The position numbers were made by a program, and so were the translations under genes. Source: Mobula hypostoma (Eukaryota). Taken from it: 64,000 bases of DNA. Positions 37,940 to 51,352 of this stretch are shown in pieces; position 1 is the stretch's first letter; every line of letters starts with the position of its first letter. The notes beneath the pieces are model-generated. The model searched no databases, was not told where the DNA came from, and worked only from the letters and a program-made list of their open reading frames with translations. The stretch spans positions 118,360,001-118,424,000 of the forward strand of contig NC_086097.1 in NCBI RefSeq assembly GCF_963921235.1. Reading direction: 5' to 3'.

Positions 37940-38689
37940 CCATGCAGGGTACCCAAACATTTGCTTCGGGCCCTTTTCCTTTTCTGTTATTTTGAAACTA
38001 TAAAAGATGGAAATAAAAAAGTAACCTTGCTTAAAATATTTTTAAAAATGTGTCATCTTTAACTTCATGCCTTTTGGAAATCAGGTCCTCTTTTATTCGC
38101 TTAGCTATTCACAGTAACAGAAATTTTGACCAGGGGTGCTCAAACTTTTGCATACCACTGTATATATATATACTTACTGTAATTGATTTACTTTTTTTTC
38201 TATATTAGCATGTATTGCATTGTACTGCCGCCACTAAGTGCTAAGTTATCAAATTTCATGACATATGCTGTGATATAAAATCTGATTCTGATTCTGATCA
38301 TGTGTCCATGAAATGACGCGAGGTTTGGTTAGTGGGTGGAAGTGTTGATCAGACATACTGTTTGTCAAAAGCAACTGTTTTGGGGTCTGGTGGCCCCAGC
38401 ATGGGTGCTACGTAGCCTCCTCCCTGATGGGAATGGGACCAACAGTCCATAGGCAGGCTGGATGAGATAATTCATGATGTTACTGGAGAAAATTCAAAAC
38501 TCCAATGTGCAAAGAGAATTGGGAGTTCTTGTGCAGGATTCCCTAAAGGTTAACTTGCAATCTGAGTTGGTGGTAAGGAACGCAAATGCAATGTTAACAT
38601 TCATTTCCAAAGGAGTAGAATGTAAAAGTATGGATGTAATTCTGAGAACTGAAGGGCTTTGCTCAGGTTGCACTTTTGAGCCCCTTATC

Positions 38690-39080
38690 CTACTTGGGTG
38701 GCGGAGTGAAGACGTGTCTCTACCAAAGGAGGTGTAAGGCACTCCTTCCCTCAAATAGCCTGCAGATCACCCTTTGGCAAGGTGTAGCACCTGTTTGGAC
38801 CCCCGATCAGGTTCACGTGAAGCCATGAGGGCAGGTGGCGGATGGTCGTATGAGCAGCTGGTGCATTTCACAAGTCCTGGTTATGCAACCACTGACACCA
38901 GGTAGACAATCTCTGAAAAGTATTGATAATGGCTGGGTGTCACCTGTCTTGTAAATACACTGCCCAGAAGAAGGCAATGGCAAACCACTTCTGTAGAAAA
39001 ATTTGCCAAGAACAATCATGATCATAGACCATGATCGCCCAAGTCATACAACATGACACATGATGATGATGATGATGATC
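38690..39080 (+). mobile_element. RTE-related SINE-like element with (GAT)n tail, inserted in a CR1 fragment (~38482-39110)
   Basis: gaaggcaatggcaaaccacttctg..ttgccaagaa resembles an RTE/BovB-type motif; CR1 flanks ccccttatc | taaggaaag join contiguously. Confidence 0.55.
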
Positions 39081-39217
39081 TAAGGAAAGATGCAGTGGCG
39101 TTGGATAGTTAGTAATATTACAAGGAGAAAAACGATAATTGGTGGGCAAGACGGAGAAAATTTGTTACAAGGTTACAGGGGTTACAGGGAGAGGGGTATG
39201 AAACTGCAGGGAATCAA

Positions 39218-40830
39218 TCAACAGGAAGCTGAATAGTCTAAAGGTAGATAAATCTCCCAGACCAGATGGAATGCACCCTCGTGTTCTGAAGGAAGTAGCT
39301 GTGGAGACTGCAGAGGCATTAGCGATGATCTTTCAAAAGTCGATAGATTCTGGCATGGTTCCAGAGGAATGGAAGATTGCAAATGTCACTCCGCTATTTA
39401 AGAAGGGGGCAAGGAAGCAAAAAGGAAATTCTAGACCTGTTAGCTTGACATCGGTGGTTGGGAAGTTGTTGGAGTCGATTGTCAAGGATGAGGTTACTGA
39501 GTACCTGGAGGCATATGACAAGATAGGCAGAACTCAGCATGGATTCCTTAAAGGAAAATCCTGCCTGACAAACCTATTACAATTTTTCTGAGGAAATTAC
39601 AAGTAGGCTTGACAAGGGAGATGCAGTGGATGTTGTATATTTGGATTTTCAGAAGGCCTTTGACAAGGTGCCATACATGAGGCTACTTAACAAGATGAGA
39701 GCCCATAGAATTACGGGAAAGTTACATACGTGGATAGAGCGTTGGCTGATTGGCAGGAAACAGAGAATGGGGATAAAGGGATTCTATTCTGGGTGGCTGC
39801 CGGTTACCAGTGGTGTTCCACAGGGGTCCGTGTTGGGGCCGCTTCTTTTTACATTGTACATCAATGATTTGGATTATGGAATAGATGGCTTTGTGGCTAA
39901 GTTTGCTGACAATACGAAGACAGGTGGAGGGGCCGGTAGTGCTGAGGAAACAGAGGGTCTGCAGAGAGACTTGGATAGATTGGAAGAATGGGCAAAGAAG
40001 TGGCAAATGAAATACAATGTTGGAAAGTGTATGATTATGTACTTTGGCAGAAGAAATAAACGGCCAGACTATTATTTAAATGGGGAAAGAATTCAAAGTT
40101 GTGAGATGCAATGGGACTTGGGAGTCCTCGTACAGGATTCCCTTAAGGTTAACCTCCAGGTTGAGTCGGTGGTGAAGACGGTGAATGCAATGTTGGCATT
40201 CATTTCTAGAGGAATAGAGTATAGGAGCAGGGATGTGATGTTGAGGGTCTATAAGGCACTGGTGAGACCTCACTTGGAGCACTGTGGACAGTTTTGGTCT
40301 CCTTATTTAAGAAAGGATGTGCTGACGTTGGAGAGGGTACAGAGAAAATTCACTAGAATGATTCCAGGAATGAGAGGGTTAACATATGAGGAACGTTTGT
40401 CCGCTCTTGGACTGTATTCCTTGGAGTTTAGAAGAATGAGGGGAGACCTCATAGAAACAATTTGAATGTTGAAAGGCATGGACAGAGTGGATGTGGCAAA
40501 GTTGTTTCCCATGATGGGGGAGTCTAGTACGAGAGGGCATGACTTAAGGATTGAAGGGCGCCCATTTGGAACAGAAATGCGAAGAAATATTTTTTAGCCA
40601 GAGGGTGGTGAATCTATGGAATTTGTTGCCACAGGCGGCAGTGGAGGCCAAGTCATTGGGTGTATTTAAGGCAGAGATTGATAGGTATCTGAGTAGCCAG
40701 GGCACCAAAGGTTATGGTGAAAAGGCGGGGGAGTGGGACTAAATGGGAGAATGGATCAGCTCATGATAAAATGGCGGAGCAGACTTGATGGGCCGAATGG
40801 CCAACTTCTGCTCCTTTGTATTATGGTCTA
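39218..40830 (+). mobile_element. 5'-truncated CR1 LINE (RT), lightly degraded
   Basis: ORFs 39271-39591 and 39626-40465 with SPRPDGMHPRVLKE, LDFQKAFDKVP, GVPQGSVLGP; tail ttatggtc. Confidence 0.92.
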
Positions 40831-41018
40831 ACAGAAACTCAATAAACTGATGGCGTCCTCAATTGTGTAAATAAACAAAAATATAAATATGTAAAGAAGT
40901 ATGTAAATAAACAAAAATGTAAGTATGTAAATATAAGCATGACACCTTCTCAGTGTTGTTGGGTTTCATGTTCTAATGTTTGGAGTAAAGTATAACCCTA
41001 TAGGTTCTTCTCTTAGAG

Positions 41019-41089
41019 CAGGGGTTCCTAACCTGTCACGGAGCCTTACCATTAACCAAGGGGCCCATGGACCCCAAGGTGGGGACCCC
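41019..41089. mobile_element. Tiny hAT (Charlie/MER5-like) MITE
   Basis: caggggttcctaacct ... aggtggggacccc flanked by 8-bp TSD tcttagag (41011-41018 / 41090-41097). Confidence 0.7.
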
Positions 41090-44000
41090 TCTTAGAGGCA
41101 TATGTTCTCCTGTGAATCACAGCTAGCCAACACAAGAAGCAAATATATCATTCCTTTGATGAAAGTGTACAGTGTTTAGTCAAGATGTGTTAAATTCTGT
41201 TTAATAAGTTTGACATTGTTGTGAGTGAGCTGAATCACCGGACAGATACTGAAGCTGGTGATATACAGAAAAAGTCTTCCTTGGACATCGCAGATATTCT
41301 GGGGAGAACAAGCAGGTTCTTGAACACAAGAGAATAACTACACTCATTTGCCCTATCCATTGAAATGTTTTCACAACTAAAGATCTTACTGTAAGGACAC
41401 TTTATCTCATATTCTTGTTATTCATTACTATTTATTTATATTTGCATTTGCACAGTTTGTTGTTTTCTGCACTGTAGTTGATTGTTCATTGATCCTACTA
41501 TAGTTACTCTTCTATACATTTGCTGAATATGTCCACGGGGAAATAAATCTCAAGGTTGTACATGATGACATATATATACTTTCATTATAAAATTTACTTT
41601 GAACTTTAGTCCTCCTCTCCCAACACAATGTTTTATTCTTCTTAAACACAAAGACAACAAAATAATTAACTGCAGTTTGAAAGACTATAATTACCCACTT
41701 AATGTTAGCATTTTGAATTTAGACTGGACACTTTGCAGAATTAAATATGTACAATAGCAGCACCTCCTCACTGATATTCTAACTGAACACTCAGATACTG
41801 GTGGCTAGTCTCAAAGCTGAGCACAAAATCAAGACCACCAAAATATGCCTCGTTTGTTAGAGTGTTGATGAATCGCTCCCTGAATATATATTTAACCATA
41901 ATATTAAGAGAAAAGATCATAATGTTAGAGATTCTGCAGATGTTGAGCAATGCATACAAACACACACAAAATGCTGGAGGAATTCAGCAAGGCAGGCTGC
42001 ATATAATATAGGGAGGGGAAATTTTTGGGCAGTCAATATTTTGTGCTGAGACTCCAGCAGGATTACATTTTTTGTGACCTATCCTGTACTGCACATTAAG
42101 TGGCAGGGACACACCTTCAACAATGTGTTAAGACAGGGGATGGCCGTTTAACACCCTTCCTGATCTCATCCTAAAGTTTTCTTTTTTTTCCAATGTCTAT
42201 TAATGAGCATAACAGTTTCAATGGTACAGAACATTCCCTCACTAAAGACCATTTGTCATCCAGTTTCTGCTCTTCCTCCATCCTGAAATCATGAGCAAAC
42301 CAATTAAGCTAAACGTTGTTCACTTCTAGGTATTCCTTTTTTCTACAGTTCCTACAGAAGTACATGACCAAAAATTTTCATCTATTATACTCAATTTGTC
42401 ATATCCTTGCCTCCAAACTTTACTTTAATGATGTTAATAAATTTAAGTTTTAAGTTTTCATTAGAACTTCTATTTCTGCTATATTAATTTTGGTTTCCAC
42501 AGTGAAACCAAAAACAAAAACAGTAAGTTGACAGGCAACAACATCTCTTGTCCCATTATGCTGAGCACTGGCGCTCCCCAAGGCTGTCTGCCAGCCTGCT
42601 GTTGGTCACACTGCTGACGTACGACTGTTGTGCAGGATTCAGCATCAAGCTTGCAGATGTCACAACAATGGTTGGCCTCATCAAGAGTGATGATAAGACA
42701 GAGTATGGAGAGGAAGTGGAGAGGCTGACGGATTGGTGTGAGAAGAACAACCATAGAGAAAACAAAGGAAGTCATTGTGGACTTCAGGAAGGTGCAGAAG
42801 AACCATCCTCCCCTGTAAATGCTTGGCTCCTCTGCAGACTTAAGTGCACAAAGTTCACGGATGACCTCACCTGGTTCCTTAATATCACCTCCCTGAACAA
42901 GAAGGCACAGGAACACCTCCAGTTCTGAGGAAGATTGAGGCAAACAAGGCTCTCCTCCCCCATGTCGATGAAGGGGAGCTTCTCGCAGGTCAAAGGCAGT
43001 TATTTAAAATGAGTGGCATTAGTCCATTGTGCATGGCCTATCAGTGGCGGCAACTGAGCTCACGAACTAAATAAAAGTACAGAAGGGATAGGCAGAACAG
43101 CCGTTGTTGGGAGTAAGCCACTGGTGAGAGTAGAAGCTTTGGCTCATACCAGCTTCTGCAAAAGCGAGCTTTGGTGAGGTAGGTAGGTGGACTTCATTTT
43201 TGGTTTCTTGCACTTTTTTGAAGAATAGAGAGCATGTCAGTAGGGTTAGTATTTTGCTGTGGGTGTCAGATGTGGGAGTCCTGGGAATCTTCCAGTCTCC
43301 CAGATGACCACATCTGTGCCAGTTGCACTGAGATGCAGCTCCTGAGAGACCGTGTTAGGGATCTGGAGCTGCGGCTTGATGACCTACAGCTTATTAGGGA
43401 AAGTGAACAGGAGATAGAGAAACGCTACAGGGAGTTAGTCACCCTGAGGCTGCAGGAGTTAGATAAGTGGGTGACAGTCATAGACGCGAAGGGAAGAGCT
43501 CAGATAGTAAAGAGCACCCCAAGGCCATCCTCCTCAGTAATCGTTATCTCGTTTTGGATGCGGTTAAGGGGGATGACCTGACAGAGGATGACCATGGTGA
43601 TTGGGTCTCTGGCACTGAGTCTGGTTCCATTGGTGCAGAAGGGAAAGAGGAAGATGAGGAGTGCAGTAGTCATAGGGGATTTCATAGTAAGGGGAACAGA
43701 CAGGAGGTTCTGTCAGCCTCATAGAGATACCCAAATCGTGTGTTGCCTCCCAAGTGCTAGGGTATCGGATGTCTCAAATCGGGTGCAGAGTATTCTGAAG
43801 GGAAAGGGTAAACAGCCAGAAGTCTTGATACAAGTTGGTACCAATGACATAGGTAGAAATAGGGAGGAGGTCCTGAAGAGAAAATTCAGGGTGTTAGGTA
43901 GGAAGCTGAAAGGCAGGGACCTCTAGGGTAGTAATCTCAGGATTGCTGCCTGTGCCACGTGCTAGCGAGTGCAAGAATAGCATGATCAGGCATATTAATG

Positions 44001-44172
44001 TGTGACTGAGGAACTGGTGTAGAGGGTAGGGATTCAGATTCCTGGATTATTGGGGCCTCTTCTGGGGGTGATACGACCTGTACAAAAGGATGGGTTATAC
44101 CTGAACCCAAGGGGGGTCCAATATCCTAACAGGCAGGTTTAGTAGAGTTGTAAGGGAGGGTTAAAACGAATT

Positions 44173-44540
44173 TAGATTAGATTATGAGGACACGCGGTCC
44201 TCTTTTATTGTCATTTAGTAATGCATGCATTAAGAAATGATACAATATTCCTCCGGTGTGATATCACAGAAACAGAGGACAGACCAAGACTGAAAAACTG
44301 ACAAAAAACGCATAAGTATAACATATAGTTACAACAGTGCAAGTAATACCATAACTTGATGAAGAACAGGCCATGAGCACGGTAAAAAAGTTCAAAGTCT
44401 CTCAAAAGTCCCACATTTCACGCAGACAGGAGAAGGAAGAAAACCCTCCCTGCCATACCCAACCGCAGTCTGACTCTGAGTCGTCCGAAAACTTTGAGCT
44501 GCGACCAGCCCTCTGACACCGAGCACTGAGCACCATCTCT
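44173..44540 (-). mobile_element. Short LINE 3' fragment (Rex-like, (TCTAA)n tail) inserted at the end of CR1 ORF1
   Basis: ttagattagatta tail and TTTATT; CR1 flanks aaacgaattt | ggcagggg join. Confidence 0.6.
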
Positions 44541-46723
44541 GGCAGGGGAATGGGAACTGGAGTGATAGGGTTGAGGAGGGGGAAAACAAAAGTAAATCAA
44601 AAATAGAGTGCAACAGAGATTATAGAAAGAACAGGCTTAATCACAGCCACTGGCATGAGTTCCAGGGCAATAGAGGCATGGTGCAGTTAAAATAGAAAGC
44701 AACAAATACTGGACTGAAAGTGTTATATTTGAATGCACGCACAATAAGGAATAAAATGGACAATCTTGAAATTCAGCTACCGATTGGCAAATATGACGTT
44801 GTGGCCATCTGTGAAACTTGGCTAAAGGATGGCTGCCATTGGGAGCTGAACGTCCAAGGATATACGGCGTATTGGAAAGATAGGTTAGTAGGCAGAGGAG
44901 GTGGTGTGGCTCTGTGTATAAGAAATAACATTAAATCATTAGAAAGAGATGACATAGCATTGGAAGGTGTAGAGTTTCTATGGGTTGAGTTAAGAAATGG
45001 CAAGGGTAAAAGGACCCTAATGGCATTTGCATGCAGACCTCCAAATAGCAGCCTGGGTGTGGATTACAAATTACAACAGGAGATAGAAAAGGTATGTTAG
45101 AAAGACAATGTCATGATAATCATTGGGGATTTTAACATGAAAGTGGATTGGGAAAACCATGCTAGTACTGGACCTCAAGAGAGAGAATTTGTAGAATGTC
45201 TAAGGGATGACTTTTTAAGAACAGCTTGTTATTAAGCCCACTAGCGGATCGGCTGTGCTGGATTGGGTGTTGTACAATGATCTGGAGGTACTAAGAGAGC
45301 TTAAGGTTAAGGAACCCTTAGGGAGAAGTGATCACAATATGATAGCGTTCACTCTGAAATCTGAGAGGGAATAAATAAAATCCAATGTGTCGGTATTTCA
45401 GTGGAATAAAGAAAATTGCAATGACATGAAGGCAACTGGCCAAAGTTGAATGGAAAGGGACATTTGCAGGAAGGACAGCAGAGCAGCAATGGCTGGAGTT
45501 TCTGCAAAGTATGAGGGAAGTGCAATACAGATAGATTCCAAATAAGAAGAAATTTTCAAAGAGAAGAGGACACTACCATGTCTGACAAGTGAAGTCAGAG
45601 CCAAAGTAAAAGCAAAAGAGAGGGCATACAAGGAATCTCGTGCTAGTGGGTAGATAGAGAACTGGGAAGCTTTTAAAAACTTCCAGAAGGAAACTGAAAA
45701 GGTCATTAGGAAGGAAAAGATGAATTATGAAAGGAAGCTGGTGACCAATATCAAAGATGATACTAAAAGCTGCTTTAAGTATGTAAAGGGTAAAAGGGAG
45801 TTGAGGGTAGATATAGGACCAATAGAAAATGATGCTGGAGATACTGTAATGAGAAATGGAGAGTTGGCAGAGGAACCAAATGCGTATTTTGCATCAGTCT
45901 TCACAGTGGAAGATGTCTGCATTATACCAGACATTCAAGAGTGTCAGCGAAGTGAAGTTTGTGCAGTGAAAATTACAACTGAGAAGATGCTCAGGAAGCT
46001 GAATGGTCTGAGGGTGGATAACTCTCCTGGATCTGATGGAATGCACCCTTGGGTTCTGAAGGAAGTAGCTGGAGAGATTGCAAAGGCATTAACAATGATC
46101 TTTCAAGAATTGATAGATTCTGGCATTGTACTGGATGGCTAGAAAATTGCAAATGTTACTCCACTATTTAAAAAGGGTGGAAAGCAGCAGAAAGGAAGCT
46201 ATAGACCTGTTAGCCTCACATCAGTGGTTGGGAAGTTGTTGAAATCCTTTGTTAGGGATGAGATTACAGAGTACCTGGAGGCACATGACAAGATAGGCCA
46301 AAGCCAGCATGGTTTCCTGAAAGGAAAATCTTGCCTGACTAACCTACTGCAATTCTTTGAGGAAATTACCAGCAAGGTAGACAAAGGAGACGCAGTAAAT
46401 GTGGTATACTTGGATTTTCAAAGGGCCTTTGACAAGGTGCCGCATATGAGGCTGCTTAGCAAGATAAGAGCCCAGGGAATTACAGGGGAGTTACTAGCAT
46501 GGTTGGAGCTTTGGCTGATTGGCAGAAAACAGAGAGTGGAAATAAAGGGATCCTATTCTGACTGTCGGCCAGTTACCAGTGGAGTTCCACAGGGGTTGGT
46601 GTTGGGACTGCTACTTTTTACGATGTGTGTCAATGATTTGGACTATAGTATTAATGGATTTATGGCTAAATTTGCTGACTGTACAAAGATAGGTGGAGGA
46701 GCGGGTAGTGTTGAGGAAATAGA

Positions 46724-49390
46724 GAAACATAGAAACATAGAAAACATACAGCACAATACAAACCCTTCGGCCCATAAAGTTGTGCCGAACATGTCCCAAC
46801 CTTAGAAATACCTAGGCTTTACCCACAACCCTCTATTTTCCTAAGCTCCATGCAGCCATCCAGGAGACTCTTAAAAGACCCTATCGTTTCCGCCTCCACC
46901 ACTGCCGCCAGCAGCCCATTCCATGCACTCTGCATAAAAAAAATCTGACATCTCCTCTGTACTGACTTCCAAGCACCTGAAAACTATGCCCTCTCGTGTT
47001 AGACATTTCAGGCCAAGGGAAAAGCCTCTGACTATCCACACGATCAATGCCTCTCATTATCTTGTACACCTCTATCAGGTCACCTCTCATCCTCTGCTGC
47101 TCCAAGGAGAAAAGGCCAAGTTCACCTATTCTCATAAGGTATGCTCCTCAATCCAGGCAACATCCTTGTAAATCTCCTCTGCACCCTTTCTATGGTTTCC
47201 ATGTCCTTCCTGTAGTGAGGCGACCAAAATTTAGCACAATACTCCAAGTGGGTTCTGAGCAGGGTCCTATATAGCTACAACATTACCTCTTGGCTCCTAA
47301 ACTCAATCCCACGATTGATGAAGGCCAATGCACTGTATGCCTTCTTAACCACAGAGTCAACCTGTGTAGCAGCTTTGAGTGTCCTATGGACTCGGACCCC
47401 AAGATCCCTCTGATTCCCCACACTGTCAACAGTCTTACCATTAACGCTATGTTCTGCCATCATATTTGACCTACCAAAATGAACCACCTCACACTTATCT
47501 GGGTTGAACTCCATCTGCCACTTCTCAGCCCAGTTTTCTTCCTATCAATGTCTCGCTGTAACCTCTGACAGTCCTCCACGCTATCCACAACACTCCTAAC
47601 CTTAGTGTCATCAGCAAATTTACTAACCCATCCCTTCACTTCCTCATCCAGATCATTTATAAAAATCACTAAGAGTGGGGGTCCCAGAACAGATCCCTAA
47701 GGCACACCACTGGTCACAGACTTCCGTGCAGAATATGACCCGTCTACAACCACACTTTGCCTTCCATAGGCAAGCCAGTTCTGGATCCACAAAGCAATGT
47801 CCTCTTGGATCCCATGCCTCCTTACTTTCTCCATAAGCATTGCATGGGGTACATTATCAAATGCCTTCCTAAAATCCATATACACTACACCTATGGCTCT
47901 ACCTTCATCAATGTGTTTAGTCACATCCTCAGAAAATTAAATGAGGCACATAAGGCACAACCTGCCTTTTACAAAGACATACTGACTAATCCTAAGCATA
48001 TTATGCCTCTCCAAATGTTCATAAATCCTGCCTTTCAGGATCTTCTCCATCAACTTAACAACCACTGAAGTAAGACTCACTGGCCTATAATTTCCTGGGC
48101 CATCCCTACTCCCTTTCTTGAATAAAGGAACACTATCCACAACCCTCCAATCCTCCAGAACCTCTCCTGTCTTCATTGATGATGCAAAGATCATTGCCAG
48201 AGGCTCAGCAAACTCCTCCCTCACTTCCCACAGTAGCTTAAGGTATATCCCATCTGCTCCCGGTGACTTATCCAACTTGATGCTTTCCAAAAGCTCCATC
48301 ACATCCTCTTCCTTAGTATCTATGTTTTCAAGCTTTTCAGTCTGCTGCAAGACATCCCTACAATTGCCAAGATCCTTTTCTGTAGTCAATACTGATGCAA
48401 AGTATTCATTAAGTATCTCTGCTATTTCCTCTGGTTCCATACACACTTTTCCACTGTCACACTTGATTTGTCCTATTCTTTCACACCTTATCCTCTTGCT
48501 CTTCACATACTTGTAGAATGCCTTGGCGTTTTTCTTAATCCTGTCCACCAATGCCTTCTCACGGCCCCTTCTGGCTCTCCTAATTTCATTCTTAAACTCC
48601 TTTCTGCTAGCCTTACAATCTTCTAGATTCCTATCATTACCTAGTTTATTGAACCTCTTGTAAGCTCTTCTTTTTTTCTTGACTAGGTTTTCTTGCCTTT
48701 GTACACCACAGATCTTGTACCCTACCATCCTTTCCATGTCTCATTGGAACATACCTATTCAGAACCCCACACAAATATCCCCTGAATATTTGCCACATTT
48801 CTTCCGTACATTTCCCTGAGAACATCTCTGTCCAATTTATGCTTCCAAGTTCCTGCCTAATAGCCTCATTTTTCACATTACTCCAATTAAACATTCCCCT
48901 AACTTGTCTATTCCTATCCCTCTTCAGTGCTATGGTAAAGGAGATAGAATTGTGATCACTATCTCCAAAATGCTCTCCCACTGAAAGACCTGACACCTGA
49001 CCAGGTTCATTTCCCAATAGCAGATCAAATACAGCTTCTCCCCTTGTAAGCTTATCTACAAATTGCGTCAAGAAACCTTTCTGAACATACCTAACAAACT
49101 CTACCCCATCTAAACCCCTCACTCTAGGGAGATGCCAATCAATATTTGGGAAATTAAAATCTCCCACCGCAACAACCCTGTTATTATTACTCCTTTCCAG
49201 AATCTGTCTCTCTATCTGCACCTTGATGTCCCTATTACTATTGGGTGGTCTATAAAAAACACCCAGTAGAGTTATTGACCCCTTCCTATTCCTAACTTCC
49301 ACCCACAGAGACTCCCTAGACAACCCCTCCATGACTTCCTCCTTTTCTGCAGCCGTGACACTATCTCTGATCAACAGTGCGGTGCCCCCA
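46724..49390 (-). mobile_element. 5'-truncated CR1 LINE inserted antisense into the CR1 RT; same family as 1876-3067
   Basis: Minus ORFs 48646-49374 (APE, SDHN), 47937-48737, 47697-47924 and others; (AGAAACAT)n tail at 46724-46745. Confidence 0.92.
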
Positions 49391-51352
49391 AGCCTGCAGA
49401 GAGACTTAGATAGTTTAGGGGACTAGGCAAAGAAGTGGCAAATGAAATACGATGTTGTAAAGTGTATGGTGTTACGTACCCCGTAACTGGGTTGCCAAAC
49501 TAGCAGAAATGGACCACTTAGTTGGAGTCTGGATTACTGGAACTAAGAAAGTTTTATTAAAGAAATAAGTAACACAGTACTCTAATAGTAAGGATATAAA
49601 TGCAACAGGTTAGCAATGATAAAACACACATGTACACAGAACTAGGATAATAGGATCAATCAAGCTCTATCGCAGTCTGGGGTAAAATGATCAGTCTCAA
49701 GTAACGCAGAGTTCAGTTCAGTTTAGTTCAGTTCGCAGTAATCGCTGTTGTGCCGTTGGGGTAAGAGAGAGAGAGAGAGAGAGAGCGAATGATGATATTC
49801 AAATCGGATTCAAACAGACCTTTGATATTCCTCGCAGTTAGCTTTTGGGCGAGCCCTTTGTAATGTCTTCTGAGGTCACCGACTGTGACCCCTCCGTTCC
49901 GGATACAATCGTTCTTCTGCAGTGAACCCGGCACCCAGGCAAGGGCGGACACACACACCAGGTTCCCGCCGATCGTACCTTCTCACCCTGTGTGTCTATG
50001 GTTGGACCCGCGACTGAACCTCCAAAAATTCCCACCAACTTGTGGGGGGGGGGTGCACAACGCACTTCCAGGGTCTCATTATCTCGCGGTGTCGTGGTGT
50101 GTGTCGCTTGCCTTAGTGAACCTGTTTCTTTTATCCCCCTGCTGGGGTATCGCCTGTCCATCAAACTTCAAACAGTTCAGGTTCAAAGCAATCGGTCTGA
50201 CAATACTCGGAACTGTGTCTCTTTTCGTTAATCTCTCTCGTCTCTCATATTAGCATTTTGAATGTTTCCCCATTGTCTCTCTTATCGGCATCAATCTTCT
50301 GATAACTTGGTCTTTTGTCACACCCCCACTCTTCAAAGGATTTTTACCTGGGTAAAAATTATAGGCATGAATACACTATTAGATACACACAAATATACAC
50401 GTTCATCAGCTATTTGGCTAATACAGAGAACTTTAAGTTGTCAACACCTTGACAGACAGTCAGCAATCACATTTTCCGTTCCTTTTATATGTGTTATTTT
50501 AATAATCCTCTAAGACCAGGCTCAAACTTAGCAAACTTCATAGTGGCCAAAAACACTAATGAGTTGTGATCAGTGTAACTTCTCAGTGGTTTTCGTCCGG
50601 ACACAGATAACAAGGGTCGTCCCACACCAACTTAGCATTCTTTGGCAAGGGCTTAGTAAGAGGGTGGGTAATATCCGCAAAGTTTTTTTTTGCTAAACTT
50701 CCGATAGTACCCCACCATCTCCAAGAACCTTCCCAGGGCTCTCTTGTCTGCCGGGGTGGGGACTTCAGAGATAACCTGCACCTTAGCTTTCATCGGAGCC
50801 AGCTGCCCCTGTCCTACCACAAATCCCATATAAGTGACCTTCGCGTGGCCGAATTCATTTTTTGCGAAGTTCACTGTCAGGCTGGCTTCAAACAGCCGTT
50901 TAACCAGTGCCACACTGTGCTCCTCCCACGCGTCACTCCAGACCACTACATCGCCAATATACGCTTCTGCGTTCTTTAGCCTTTTTGTCACTGAATTAAT
51001 CATCCTATAGGGATGTTGCTCACTAGGCTGACCTGATGTGACGACAACACCATGTCCTGGCTCTTTGCATCGCCTCGGGACATCCGGACATACGTGTGCG
51101 TGCCGTTTGATTAGCTCTCTTAGCGGGTTGCTTTGTTCGGGGATTAAGGGAGAGACCTTATCAGCAAAGCTGGCCAAAACAATAGACTTCTCCCATCTGG
51201 TCGGCACCATACTTATCTTTTCGAAATGGGTTTTCCCCTTATCAGGTGACACACGAGCCTCATTAATTTTCATGATATCACTGACTAGGTTTGTTCGCCT
51301 ATCGTGGCAAGCTGTTAGCATATCAAAAGCCTCTAACTCACGTCTACAATAG

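Larger units (their letters stand above)
33500..38160 (+). mobile_element. Tc1 transposon with long IR/DR terminal repeats, interrupted by a Gypsy element
   Basis: TA-flanked ends CAGTGGCATGCAAAAG / CTTTTGCATACCACTG; ~210-bp imperfect TIRs with an internal direct repeat (tgcaaaagtttgggcaccc); sits inside a Rex-like 3' relic. Confidence 0.95.

Noticed and set aside
38690..38790. HDV-like ribozyme at the 5' end of the RTE-related SINE
   Set aside because: Could not assign P1-P4 pairings in this copy
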